A stretch of DNA of 64,000 nt, from the IMG/VR virus record IMGVR_UViG_3300012346_000689, positions 15,318 through 79,317 of that record; one strand, given 5' to 3'. This document shows positions 38,559 to 47,334 of this stretch, piece after piece. The position numbers were made by a program, and so were the translations under genes. Origin of the DNA: a virus. The notes beneath the pieces are model-generated. The model had not been told where the DNA came from, made no database searches, and worked only from the letters and a program-made list of their open reading frames with translations. Positions within the stretch are counted from its first letter, which is position 1. The number at the start of each line of letters is the position of its first letter.

Positions 38559-40027
38559 GTCACACTGTCCAAAATTTGGACACCATCAAGGAGTTGATCT
38601 AAAGTATCTGCTAAGTGAGATATAGGCTCAATAGGCTCAGACTCTAGAGTGATGCGAGTTCCACCATAAGCAGCACCCCCAAAGACGCTATTACGGATCT
38701 CCGAACCGGTTAGGATCGGTGATAGTCCTAGCGATCGCCTATTGGCTTCTGAATTAATGATAATGCTATCCATCTCCACAAAGTGCCTGATGGTGCGGGC
38801 TTGAATTTCTTCTACCTCTGCCTTCTCTTTAGGGCTATCTTCCCAGATTGGATGCCACTGCCATTCCCAGTCATCTATCTCATGCCCTTGAGAGAGTAGG
38901 TAGTATTCAAGTAAGGTATTGAGATTAGCGTCCCATCTACGGCGCTCGCTTTCTACTAGTTGAGCCACTACAGAGCGCTCGCCTTCATTGAGACTGCCTA
39001 GATTGCCACCAAAGTTATCTCCCAAAAGGAACTTAGGTAGCCCTGTGGCAGCACAAGCCATATTCCAGAGAAACTCAAGGTTTTCTTTGACCCCCGCAAA
39101 TTTTAACTCAAGGTTTTCTACGGTCTCTCTATCCTTATCGGTGATCACCACATTAAGGTTAGAGTAAGCTGTGGCTAGGTTTTCCGCACGCTCCCTGACT
39201 TTGGTTTCGTAACTATCCGTGCTGCTGGCAGCATAAACATTAGAACGGGACTGAGAAGCGCTTGCGCCTAACCCCTTGACAAGATCCTGCATCTGTAGCA
39301 TTATCACGGCAAAACGTTGCAACTTATCTGCTACTGATAACTTAGAAGCTTCTAGTGTGATCACTTCGGAGAACAGTTTGCGGATAACGCTATCACCACG
39401 CCAACCAGAGGACAGATTAAAAATATCGTTTAGTGGGAGCGGATCTCCGTAAAAGGGTAAAACCCGGCTATTGTGAATAAGACTAGTTGTTTGATTGGTA
39501 CCGTAAAAGCGATAGTAGTCAGGTTCAAGTTTCCCTGTGTTGTAGTCCCCTTGCCAGTCAGGCACTACCTGCCATCTATCAAACAACCTTAACTCTGCGA
39601 TCACAGATCCTTGTTTAACGGGGATGTTCCAGTCGCCATCGTCAAAACAGATTAGTATGGCTGCACCACCCGTGCGGTTAGCTGCCTGTTGCGCCAACTT
39701 GAAGAACTCGGAGATTCTGAGAGATTGTCCTGTCCGCTTATTTGCACAAACTTGAGAGTTAACCTCTTTGATGATGTCCGTGTTCGCTTCACCACCTAAT
39801 GTAAATGTACCGCCGTTATTGGTGGCTAGGTCAGGGATAAGATCACAAACGCGCCGTATTAGCCAAAATTGACTGTATAACGCCTCAATTTCGTATTGAG
39901 ATAGTTGACATGGTCTAACTATCTGAGTGGCAGCGATCGCGTCTCGGTTGCTACCTAAACGAGTATTAGGGTTAAACAATCGAGAAAAGGTAGAGGTCAA
40001 AGAAGAAAAAGTATCAGCAATGTTCAT
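38555..40027 (-). CDS. portal protein (DUF1073 family)
   Basis: LYSQFWLIRRVCDLIPDLAT, GGAAILI, IHNSRVL, WRGDSVI, CAATGLPKFLLG, WHPIWE..PKEKAEV. Confidence 0.85.
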   Translation of the reverse strand: MNIADTFSSLTSTFSRLFNPNTRLGSNRDAIAATQIVRPCQLSQYEIEALYSQFWLIRRVCDLIPDLATNNGGTFTLGGEANTDIIKEVNSQVCANKRTGQSLRISEFFKLAQQAANRTGGAAILICFDDGDWNIPVKQGSVIAELRLFDRWQVVPDWQGDYNTGKLEPDYYRFYGTNQTTSLIHNSRVLPFYGDPLPLNDIFNLSSGWRGDSVIRKLFSEVITLEASKLSVADKLQRFAVIMLQMQDLVKGLGASASQSRSNVYAASSTDSYETKVRERAENLATAYSNLNVVITDKDRETVENLELKFAGVKENLEFLWNMACAATGLPKFLLGDNFGGNLGSLNEGERSVVAQLVESERRRWDANLNTLLEYYLLSQGHEIDDWEWQWHPIWEDSPKEKAEVEEIQARTIRHFVEMDSIIINSEANRRSLGLSPILTGSEIRNSVFGGAAYGGTRITLESEPIEPISHLADTLDQLLDGVQILDSVT

Positions 40028-40227
40028 AGTCCTAAAATATCCTTCGGGTCGCTATTTGTGGCTAGACAAAACTTCCTAAACGTTTCTAGTTGTTTAGGGA
40101 GTCCCTTCCCTTTTTCCCATGCGGAAATGGTGTTGTGCCTCACCTCGATTTTATCACCTAACCTCTCTTGAGATAGGTTAGATTTAAGCCTTGCCTCTTT
40201 CAATTTAGCTTTAATACTCATTGTCAT
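40024..40227 (-). CDS. XRE-family HTH regulator, coupled to the portal gene
   Basis: LKEARLKSNLSQERLGDKIEVRHNTISAWEKG; its stop overlaps the portal ATG. Confidence 0.75.
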   Translation of the reverse strand: MTMSIKAKLKEARLKSNLSQERLGDKIEVRHNTISAWEKGKGLPKQLETFRKFCLATNSDPKDILGL

Positions 40228-40315
40228 ATAATTGTTAAATGATTTCATGACAATTATAACAGAAACAATAAGCGAGCAAATAATAATTGAAATAGCCTTT
40301 TTGATTGTTTTTAAG

Positions 40316-41596
40316 ATGCAAGTTGTCAAAGTTGTTGATTTCATACCGTCACCCGTTCTGACTATCGATGATGCAGGCATTGCTCATGGATACGCTCGGA
40401 TTGCGCGGGCGGGGGTTTATCGGTATCACGTCAACGAACTGCGTCAGGGTGGGGTATCAGTTCCTGATGATTTACAAGGGTTTATCGGGGTATTCAGACC
40501 GCCTGATAAAGTTGCTGATAGTGCTTCACTATTCGCGGATTGCCCTGTAATACTGAATCATCAATGGCTGTACCCTGAAAACAAGGAGAAATTGATCAAG
40601 GGCTGGTCAGGTCTAGTTGATTACGTCAACGGCTGGCTAGAGAGTCCTATTACCCTATTCGCTGATGATGCCATCAACGCGGCTCAAACTACCCACAAGG
40701 GTTTTAGCAATGGTTACGGTGCCAGCTTTGAATATGCACCGGGTCAATGGGTTGACGAGGACGGACTTCAAGGAGAAAAGGGTGCAGTTTATGATTATTT
40801 GTATATTCAAGTGCCCGTCTCGAAGAATCACATAGCTCTTGTTGAGAATGGTAAGGCAAGAGCGGGTGAGGGAACAGGGTTTGTTACTGATTCTATATTG
40901 TTTATAGAGGAAGATATGAAAGTAAAAGATATGATTCCCCTATCCATGGGTGAATTTGAGTTTGAGTTACCGCCTGACCTCAAAGGTTATTTTGGGGATA
41001 TGTTCAGCGCATTTGATGCTATGTGCAAGGACATGAAAATGACTGACACCATGAAGGTATCTATGTGCGATGAAGCCTACTTGCTGCCTAGTTCAGTTCA
41101 GGAGGCGATCGCAGGATTTAAGCAATTGCTTGAGTCTCAAGGGAAGCAAAGCGTTACCGACTCTTGTGATTATGTTTCTGCCGAGACTTACAAGACGGTA
41201 GAACAGAAATACAAAGATACTAAAGCTTCTTTAACGGCTTTAGAGGTTCAGGTACAGACATTAAGTGCACGGGTACAAGATGCTACCAACCCCGAAGCGT
41301 TGAACGAGTTACTTAAGTCTCGTCATGAAGCGTTTAAGGGTGCGTGCAAGGTGATTGATGCTGAGTTTGACCCGGCGGTATCTGCTGAGGAGTGGAAGAA
41401 ACGCGCATTAGTTAAATCTGGGTTGCCGAGTGAAGTTTGCGATGGTTACTCACCGTCTGAGATTAACTCAGCTTTTGAAGTATTAGTTAGTCTTAATCTT
41501 CCGAAGCCAACGGTAACGGACAAGATCGTGAGTTTACAACCAGAGCGTAAACTTGCTTTGAAACAAGGCATTTTGCCACAGGATAGAGTTATTTAG
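40316..41596 (+). CDS. head maturation protease/scaffold (DUF2213-like), start at MQVVK
   Basis: IARAGVY.Y, FADCPVILNH, GFSNGY, NHIALVENGKARAG; coiled C-terminus. Confidence 0.85.
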   Translation: MQVVKVVDFIPSPVLTIDDAGIAHGYARIARAGVYRYHVNELRQGGVSVPDDLQGFIGVFRPPDKVADSASLFADCPVILNHQWLYPENKEKLIKGWSGLVDYVNGWLESPITLFADDAINAAQTTHKGFSNGYGASFEYAPGQWVDEDGLQGEKGAVYDYLYIQVPVSKNHIALVENGKARAGEGTGFVTDSILFIEEDMKVKDMIPLSMGEFEFELPPDLKGYFGDMFSAFDAMCKDMKMTDTMKVSMCDEAYLLPSSVQEAIAGFKQLLESQGKQSVTDSCDYVSAETYKTVEQKYKDTKASLTALEVQVQTLSARVQDATNPEALNELLKSRHEAFKGACKVIDAEFDPAVSAEEWKKRALVKSGLPSEVCDGYSPSEINSAFEVLVSLNLPKPTVTDKIVSLQPERKLALKQGILPQDRVI

Positions 41597-41608
41597 GAGG
41601 TGATCATC

Positions 41609-42469
41609 ATGGTTTCTGTTTTAGGTCAATTAGGTACTTTTCAGACTAATTACTACTCTCAGCAAAAAGGGGAGCGAGTAGGTTCTTTTGTCCACCCTAT
41701 CCAGGTGGGCAGTTACATCAATGTAGGTGGCGATGTAGTCAAGATCGCTACTCTTGCATTGAGTACCAGTTCGGGGAATCAAACCATCACTATTGAAGGT
41801 GTGACTATGATCATCCCTTACAATACGAGTGATGCTCAAACGGCTACTGATATAGCTGCTGCTATTAACGGTAATTACACTGCCTCTACGGGTGCTAATC
41901 CTGGCAATGGCTACAATGTCAATAGTTTAGTGAGTGCTACCGTCAGCACCGCTACGGTAATCATTACGGGGTTGTTTCCCGGCCTAGACTTCACTATTTC
42001 TTATAGTGGCACCGGTGGGACTCTAGTACAGGATGGCACTGGTTCTAGTCAACTAGCTGCTGAGTCTAGCTTTATTCCCCATGGTCGTGCTGTGGGCTTT
42101 AACGCGGGTGATGACGCGAATGGGTTCGCCGTACCTTGTCGCCTGCCTAATGGCTCAGGTACTCGCATTATTGGGGTATCGGGTGGTACTTTTGCTAGTC
42201 TCTACAATACTCAGAGCCGTTACGGTGCGTCACGAGGTGAGATGGTTGCTGTACTAGAGGGTGGCATCGTCGTTGTGGAGCTAGATACTAGCCTCACTAT
42301 TGAGTATGGGGAGGCAGCTTACTACCGCCATACGGCTAACGGGGCACTCAGTAAGATCGGTTCTTTCTCGAATGCGTCAGGTACGGGTAAAACTGCTTTG
42401 ACGGGTGCCAAGTTTGTGGGCACTGCCTACACCCTTGATGGAATTCCCTTAGCCAAAGTTCAATTATAG
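41609..42469 (+). CDS. head decoration/cement protein
   Basis: Between protease and capsid; IPHGRAV, VAVLEGGIVVV, C-terminal AKVQL. Confidence 0.65.
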   Translation: MVSVLGQLGTFQTNYYSQQKGERVGSFVHPIQVGSYINVGGDVVKIATLALSTSSGNQTITIEGVTMIIPYNTSDAQTATDIAAAINGNYTASTGANPGNGYNVNSLVSATVSTATVIITGLFPGLDFTISYSGTGGTLVQDGTGSSQLAAESSFIPHGRAVGFNAGDDANGFAVPCRLPNGSGTRIIGVSGGTFASLYNTQSRYGASRGEMVAVLEGGIVVVELDTSLTIEYGEAAYYRHTANGALSKIGSFSNASGTGKTALTGAKFVGTAYTLDGIPLAKVQL

Positions 42470-42472
42470 GAG

Positions 42473-43519
42473 GTGAATATGACTGTTTTTACTGTTGAGT
42501 CTCGCGCCGGGGAAGCGATCGCGCTATATAATTCCTTGGTGGACGGGGTGAATAATGGGGTGATACCGGGTCAGGTGATGGATACTTATGGACTACCTGA
42601 AGGGATAGAACAGAAGATCATGCGACCTATCTATGAGCAGTTCCCTAACTGTTATTGGTCTAATTACATCCCTGTATCGCCTGAGTCTGTTGGTGGTGGT
42701 GCTGCAAAGATCACCTATCCTCGTATTTCTTATTATGGTGGGTTAGGATTGGCTGCGATCGGGTCTAATGTGCGCCGTGAGGTGAATATCGGACTTGAGA
42801 ATATTAGCTTTGATGTCTATCCTTATAAGTCCTATTTCCGTATTGATAGAGACGAGGAAAGACGGCTTAACAATGCTATGCAGGCTAAAGATTTCATGGG
42901 TGCTATTAACCTGTTATCTGAGAAGCAGAAGGCAACCGAACAAGACGCGGCCCTGGTTAGGGATGAGTTATTGTGCCGTGGTCAATTGAACAACGGAATC
43001 ATCGGGTTTGTCAATTCCCCCGATGTACTCAGGTTGACACTTACAGAAGCTTTTCCTTCCACTACGGCAGCAGATAACATCAGAGTCTTTGCTCAAGCTC
43101 AGTCCATGATCGTCTCTGAGACGGCTGGTAAATATAAAGGCACGACCTTAGTATTACCTCCTATGGACTATCAAACCTTAGCGGTACAATCTCGCTCTAG
43201 TACCTCAGATTCTGATACAACCACCTTGACCTATTTCAAGAACACCCAGAATCAGGTGATGTTTGAGAATGGTCGCATGGGTGAGTTTGAGATTGCGGAA
43301 AGCTCTCAACTAGAGAATTGTCGTGGTGCTGGACTTCATGCTGCGGTGATGTATGTCCGCACTTCTGAGTGTGTCTCTCAGGTTGTACCCTTCCCATTAC
43401 AGATGTTCCCACCCATCTCAACCATGGAAGGGTACACCGTATCTGTAGATGCTGAGTATTGCGGGGCGCATATCAAGCATCCTTACACCGTGGTAATTAT
43501 TGAATACGCAAGGAGTTAA
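42473..43519 (+). CDS. major capsid protein (DUF2184-like, HK97 fold)
   Basis: IPVSPE...GQLNNGIIGFVNSP, TTLVLPP, AVMY, HPYTVVIIE; position after the decoration gene. Confidence 0.85.
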   Translation: MNMTVFTVESRAGEAIALYNSLVDGVNNGVIPGQVMDTYGLPEGIEQKIMRPIYEQFPNCYWSNYIPVSPESVGGGAAKITYPRISYYGGLGLAAIGSNVRREVNIGLENISFDVYPYKSYFRIDRDEERRLNNAMQAKDFMGAINLLSEKQKATEQDAALVRDELLCRGQLNNGIIGFVNSPDVLRLTLTEAFPSTTAADNIRVFAQAQSMIVSETAGKYKGTTLVLPPMDYQTLAVQSRSSTSDSDTTTLTYFKNTQNQVMFENGRMGEFEIAESSQLENCRGAGLHAAVMYVRTSECVSQVVPFPLQMFPPISTMEGYTVSVDAEYCGAHIKHPYTVVIIEYARS

Positions 43520-43943
43520 CATGGCAGTCGCTGTCAAAGTCAAGTTTCTAACGCTGATTTACAGTCCATCTAAAAATCCTACGGTAGTATCTCACCCGTC
43601 CCCTAGTAATAAACCCGTAGGTAGTCTCTTTATCCCTATCAGCAACAATGAGCGAGCTATTAGCTGCTTAGTGCTGAAATCTGGTCTAAATCCCGATGTT
43701 TCTTCTGATTCGTGGGATTTAGTCAAGGATTTTCCCTGTATCGCCACTAAGGTAGTACAAGGTGAAATTATCGTTATTCAACAGAAAGAAAAGCTCAACC
43801 CTGTTGATGCCCTCAGTTCCTATGGTGACGAGGTTCTTGCCCTGATCATTGATAATGCTGACCGCGATCGCTTAAATGAGTGGAGTAAATCCTGTAAATC
43901 GTCTTTAGCTGCCAACCTGATTAAGCATAAGTTGAGGTCATAA
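43500..43943 (+). CDS. hypothetical head-associated protein
   Basis: Operon position. Confidence 0.5.
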   Translation: MNTQGVNMAVAVKVKFLTLIYSPSKNPTVVSHPSPSNKPVGSLFIPISNNERAISCLVLKSGLNPDVSSDSWDLVKDFPCIATKVVQGEIIVIQQKEKLNPVDALSSYGDEVLALIIDNADRDRLNEWSKSCKSSLAANLIKHKLRS

Positions 43944-44335
43944 TGTTTTCCGTGAGTGACCGAGTATCTGCCCAAAGACACCTGAACCTGCCACCATCTG
44001 AGATTGGGGAAGGTAGCATCCTCTATCAAAGGATGACCGCACTAGAACAGATGGATGCTACTTATGGTTCTGACTTAGTGGATGCGATACAATTTGTACT
44101 GCTTCAGTTAGACACATTGGAAAATGAGATTGACTCGGCACGGGCTACCAGTGATCAAGGGGTTAAGAGTTATCGTGTTGATGGGCAATACTCGGTAGAT
44201 TACGGCAACAATGCGGACGGTGGCTTAACAGGTAAAATCAATCAATATAACAAGTATTTGGCTGATTTACAGCGTGATTTAGGGTTTACTCCCTCTAGCT
44301 ATCCTGATGATCAGGTGGGAGTGTTAGTCGTATGA
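43943..44335 (+). CDS. putative head-tail adaptor
   Basis: Position, size, VKSYRVDGQYSVDY. Confidence 0.5.
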   Translation: MFSVSDRVSAQRHLNLPPSEIGEGSILYQRMTALEQMDATYGSDLVDAIQFVLLQLDTLENEIDSARATSDQGVKSYRVDGQYSVDYGNNADGGLTGKINQYNKYLADLQRDLGFTPSSYPDDQVGVLVV

Positions 44336-44730
44336 TTCCTAATCTTCCTACCCATCTATCTGCATTGATGCGAGAACCTCTCTCGGAGAACGTTAACGCT
44401 ACCCTAACCTTTGACGTGGTTTCTACTGCTAGTGGTCAAGATGAAGATGGCAATCCTATCACTATTACTGAGGTGCTATCTTTTGATGCGATTATCCATC
44501 CTAATAATATTAAAGACGCTTATTTTGAAGGCAGCGATCGCAAAGTATTGTTAGTGAGAGGGCGGCTTGTCAACCCCTTAGTTTTCCCTAGTTCTATCGC
44601 TCATCTGAGTAGGGGAACTGCGGTTATTGGTGGTAAATCAGGTAGTTTTACTTTACATCTGCTGTCAGTTAATCCCTATGAGCAAGCACAACTAGGACAA
44701 GAGTTTGAGGGAGTTTTCAATGAAAATTAA
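44332..44730 (+). CDS. putative head closure protein
   Basis: Position and size. Confidence 0.45.
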   Translation: MIPNLPTHLSALMREPLSENVNATLTFDVVSTASGQDEDGNPITITEVLSFDAIIHPNNIKDAYFEGSDRKVLLVRGRLVNPLVFPSSIAHLSRGTAVIGGKSGSFTLHLLSVNPYEQAQLGQEFEGVFNEN

Positions 44731-45112
44731 TCTTGATTCTGTCATTAAAGAGATTAAGGAGTCATGGGGACAAGTAATAGCGGAGGTAAATGAGGAGTTT
44801 GACGCGGTAATTGAGGATGAGATGGCATTCTCAGATTTAGGGTTCAACGGTCAGGATATAATCGATTCTGGACGTTTATTAAATTCTAAAGTAGTAGATA
44901 TTAATGAGGACAAAGCAGAGTTTTCATGGAACCCTAAATCACCTGAAAACGGGTATCCCTACGCGCCGGGCGTGCGGGCTGGTTTTTGGGCTTACGGAAA
45001 GAAATATATACCCGGACGTGATTGGCCGGGGCGAGCAATTGAGAGGGTAAACCCTGTTAATTCTCTAGCGCAAAAGTTAAAGGAAAAAGGTTTTTCAGTC
45101 AAAGTTAAATAG
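44720..45112 (+). CDS. HK97 gp10-like neck protein
   Basis: IIDSGRLLNS, YPYAPGVRAG, PGRDWPGRAIE. Confidence 0.55.
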   Translation: MKINLDSVIKEIKESWGQVIAEVNEEFDAVIEDEMAFSDLGFNGQDIIDSGRLLNSKVVDINEDKAEFSWNPKSPENGYPYAPGVRAGFWAYGKKYIPGRDWPGRAIERVNPVNSLAQKLKEKGFSVKVK

Positions 45113-45120
45113 GAGGTTTT

Positions 45121-46029
45121 ATGGCTAAAAATTCAGTGGCTGGCGCGGGTAATATTATCCGCCTTTACGTGGGTGCTTTACCCCGTGGTTCTCGCACCAA
45201 GCCAGTTGTTAACACTTTGGAAGCGGATGCCGCGATCGCTACTATTACCACAACCACGGCATTTAGTGCGGAAGCTGGCACTTTGGCAGTATCTGCTTTA
45301 GCAGTGGGCTTGGCTGCCGGCGATCAATTGCTGTTCAGTAATGGGTGTTTAGTCCAAGTCACTGCCACGGCTGCGGCTGCTGCTACTAGTGTGAGTATTA
45401 AGGTGCTGAGAATGCCACCGAACTATAACGATACCCTTGTACCGATTCCATCAGGTTCTACATCAAAGGTCATCCTTTTGACTGCGGGTGTAACCAATCC
45501 TATCGGTGCGGGTACACCTATCCTGTGGAGTGGTGGATCTTTAGTACGGGTAGGTGGTGATGTAGTAGCAGGGAGTCTGATCCTGAGCATTATCCCGCCA
45601 ACCACAGGCTATACCGTGGCGGTAGCTTTAGGTGAAACGGGCACTTATACAGCATTGGAGCGCATTGAAGGCTCAACTGACGCTCCGTTGAACTTAACCC
45701 CGAATCGTTCTGATTTCGTGCTACATCGTGACCCGCTAGGTTATCGAGAAGGTACTATTACTTCTCAGACTGGCTCAATCGCGGTGACTGCTAACCTCCT
45801 TGATGATGACATGGCTCGCCTGATCGTGGAGTATGTGTCAACTTACTCAATTGAGGGACGGGAACTCTATTGTGTAGCGGATTACAAGGATGACCATTAC
45901 GAGTTTATTGGTCAGGTAAGTGACTATCAAAGACCGTCTCCTGCTGATGGTATTTTGACAGTAACATTCACACTGAATATGCAGGGCGCGCCATTAGTCC
46001 ATTCTTCCAAGAAAGTATCGGTAGGGTAA
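45121..46029 (+). CDS. major tail tube protein
   Basis: FIGQVSDYQRPSPADGILTVTFTLNMQG C-terminus; precedes chaperone and TMP. Confidence 0.7.
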   Translation: MAKNSVAGAGNIIRLYVGALPRGSRTKPVVNTLEADAAIATITTTTAFSAEAGTLAVSALAVGLAAGDQLLFSNGCLVQVTATAAAAATSVSIKVLRMPPNYNDTLVPIPSGSTSKVILLTAGVTNPIGAGTPILWSGGSLVRVGGDVVAGSLILSIIPPTTGYTVAVALGETGTYTALERIEGSTDAPLNLTPNRSDFVLHRDPLGYREGTITSQTGSIAVTANLLDDDMARLIVEYVSTYSIEGRELYCVADYKDDHYEFIGQVSDYQRPSPADGILTVTFTLNMQGAPLVHSSKKVSVG

Positions 46030-46067
46030 GATATAGGGGTTAGCAATCTAACCCCAAGGAGATATTT

Positions 46068-46703
46068 ATGATTCCGTATAAAACTAAACCTAAAGCCAAG
46101 CTAATAACTGTTGGGAACAAGGAAATAGGAACGTTAGAGTTTGAGAGAAAGCTCGGACTGACTAGAAGCGAGAAGCATTTCATTGAAACAAATGGGATGA
46201 CTTCTATCAAGATTCAGAAGGAATTGGCCGAAAAATCATTGTCAATCTTTTCTCAACATAATGACAAGGTTTTATCTCAAATTAAACAATTTAGGGAAGA
46301 ACTCAAGAAGGCTACTAATGAAATTGATATCCAATCTTTAGAGACTGAAATCATCTCTTTAGAAGGTCAAAGAGTTAGTCAGTCTGAGATATTCGAGTCT
46401 TTATCATCGGGGGGTTATGCGTCATTGATGGACAAGAATCTGGATATTGTAGCTTTGATTTCTATGTCAGGGGAAATTGACCAAGAGATTAAGGATAAGC
46501 GTGATTACGCTTATGTTGCTGCGGTCATGCAACGACTAGAGTCATCTTTCACCGTTTTAGACGCTAAAGATTTCCATGGGGAAAACCCGTCCCTGTTCCA
46601 AGAGGTGTTAGAGTTTGCCCTAAGAGAAGAATCGGGTCGTGAGGCGTGGGAAGCCTTTGAGAAGAGAGAGGCAAGCGACGAAGACTTTAAAAGCGCTGCT
46701 TGA
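46068..46703 (+). CDS. tail assembly chaperone
   Basis: Position between tube and TMP. Confidence 0.55.
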   Translation: MIPYKTKPKAKLITVGNKEIGTLEFERKLGLTRSEKHFIETNGMTSIKIQKELAEKSLSIFSQHNDKVLSQIKQFREELKKATNEIDIQSLETEIISLEGQRVSQSEIFESLSSGGYASLMDKNLDIVALISMSGEIDQEIKDKRDYAYVAAVMQRLESSFTVLDAKDFHGENPSLFQEVLEFALREESGREAWEAFEKREASDEDFKSAA

Positions 46704-47334
46704 GTATGAGGAACCAGACTGGTCCTTAATCTTCTGGTCTTTGCAGTCCTGGTTTCCCTCTGACTATCGCTTTAACTGCGACAACTATGGAGACCAAACC
46801 GAGGCATTGATATTAGCAGCTTATAAGTCGGGGTCGCAAATAGAGAAGGAACGGCATTATCGAGCAGAACTGCCGATCGCGTCTCTCCATGCTACCTATT
46901 ACAATTCTCATAGGGACCCTGACAAGTCTAAACCGATTAAGGTACAAGACCTTTGCTACTTCAAGAGTGATGAGCAGTCCCGCATTCCTACTATTGTTGG
47001 TGATACCTTCTTCTCTCTGATTCGAGATAAAGTGATGCCACAATGGGCTTTAGCGATCGCACCGCTAGAGGAACTAAGGACTTTAAAGAGAGGGCTTGCT
47101 GTTAGTTATCCTCGCGCTTTGATAGGTAAGGGAATAATAATTTTCAACCCTAGAATTAATGAGGATACGGTAGAGGGTAGCTATGCTCTAATAGTTGAGG
47201 GAGTGGAGTCTGATTGTTTGAGTGACCCCGACAATTCCTCTACTTATTTAAGGGTTAAAATAGACTATGAGGATAAGTGGCAGTGCTTACGTATTGTTGA
47301 ACCAGAGTTGAGGATTGATCATGAATGGCGTTAA
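46639..47334 (+). CDS. second tail assembly chaperone ORF (possible frameshift partner)
   Basis: Overlaps the first chaperone in the +1 frame. Confidence 0.5.
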   Translation: MRRGKPLRRERQATKTLKALLEYEEPDWSLIFWSLQSWFPSDYRFNCDNYGDQTEALILAAYKSGSQIEKERHYRAELPIASLHATYYNSHRDPDKSKPIKVQDLCYFKSDEQSRIPTIVGDTFFSLIRDKVMPQWALAIAPLEELRTLKRGLAVSYPRALIGKGIIIFNPRINEDTVEGSYALIVEGVESDCLSDPDNSSTYLRVKIDYEDKWQCLRIVEPELRIDHEWR

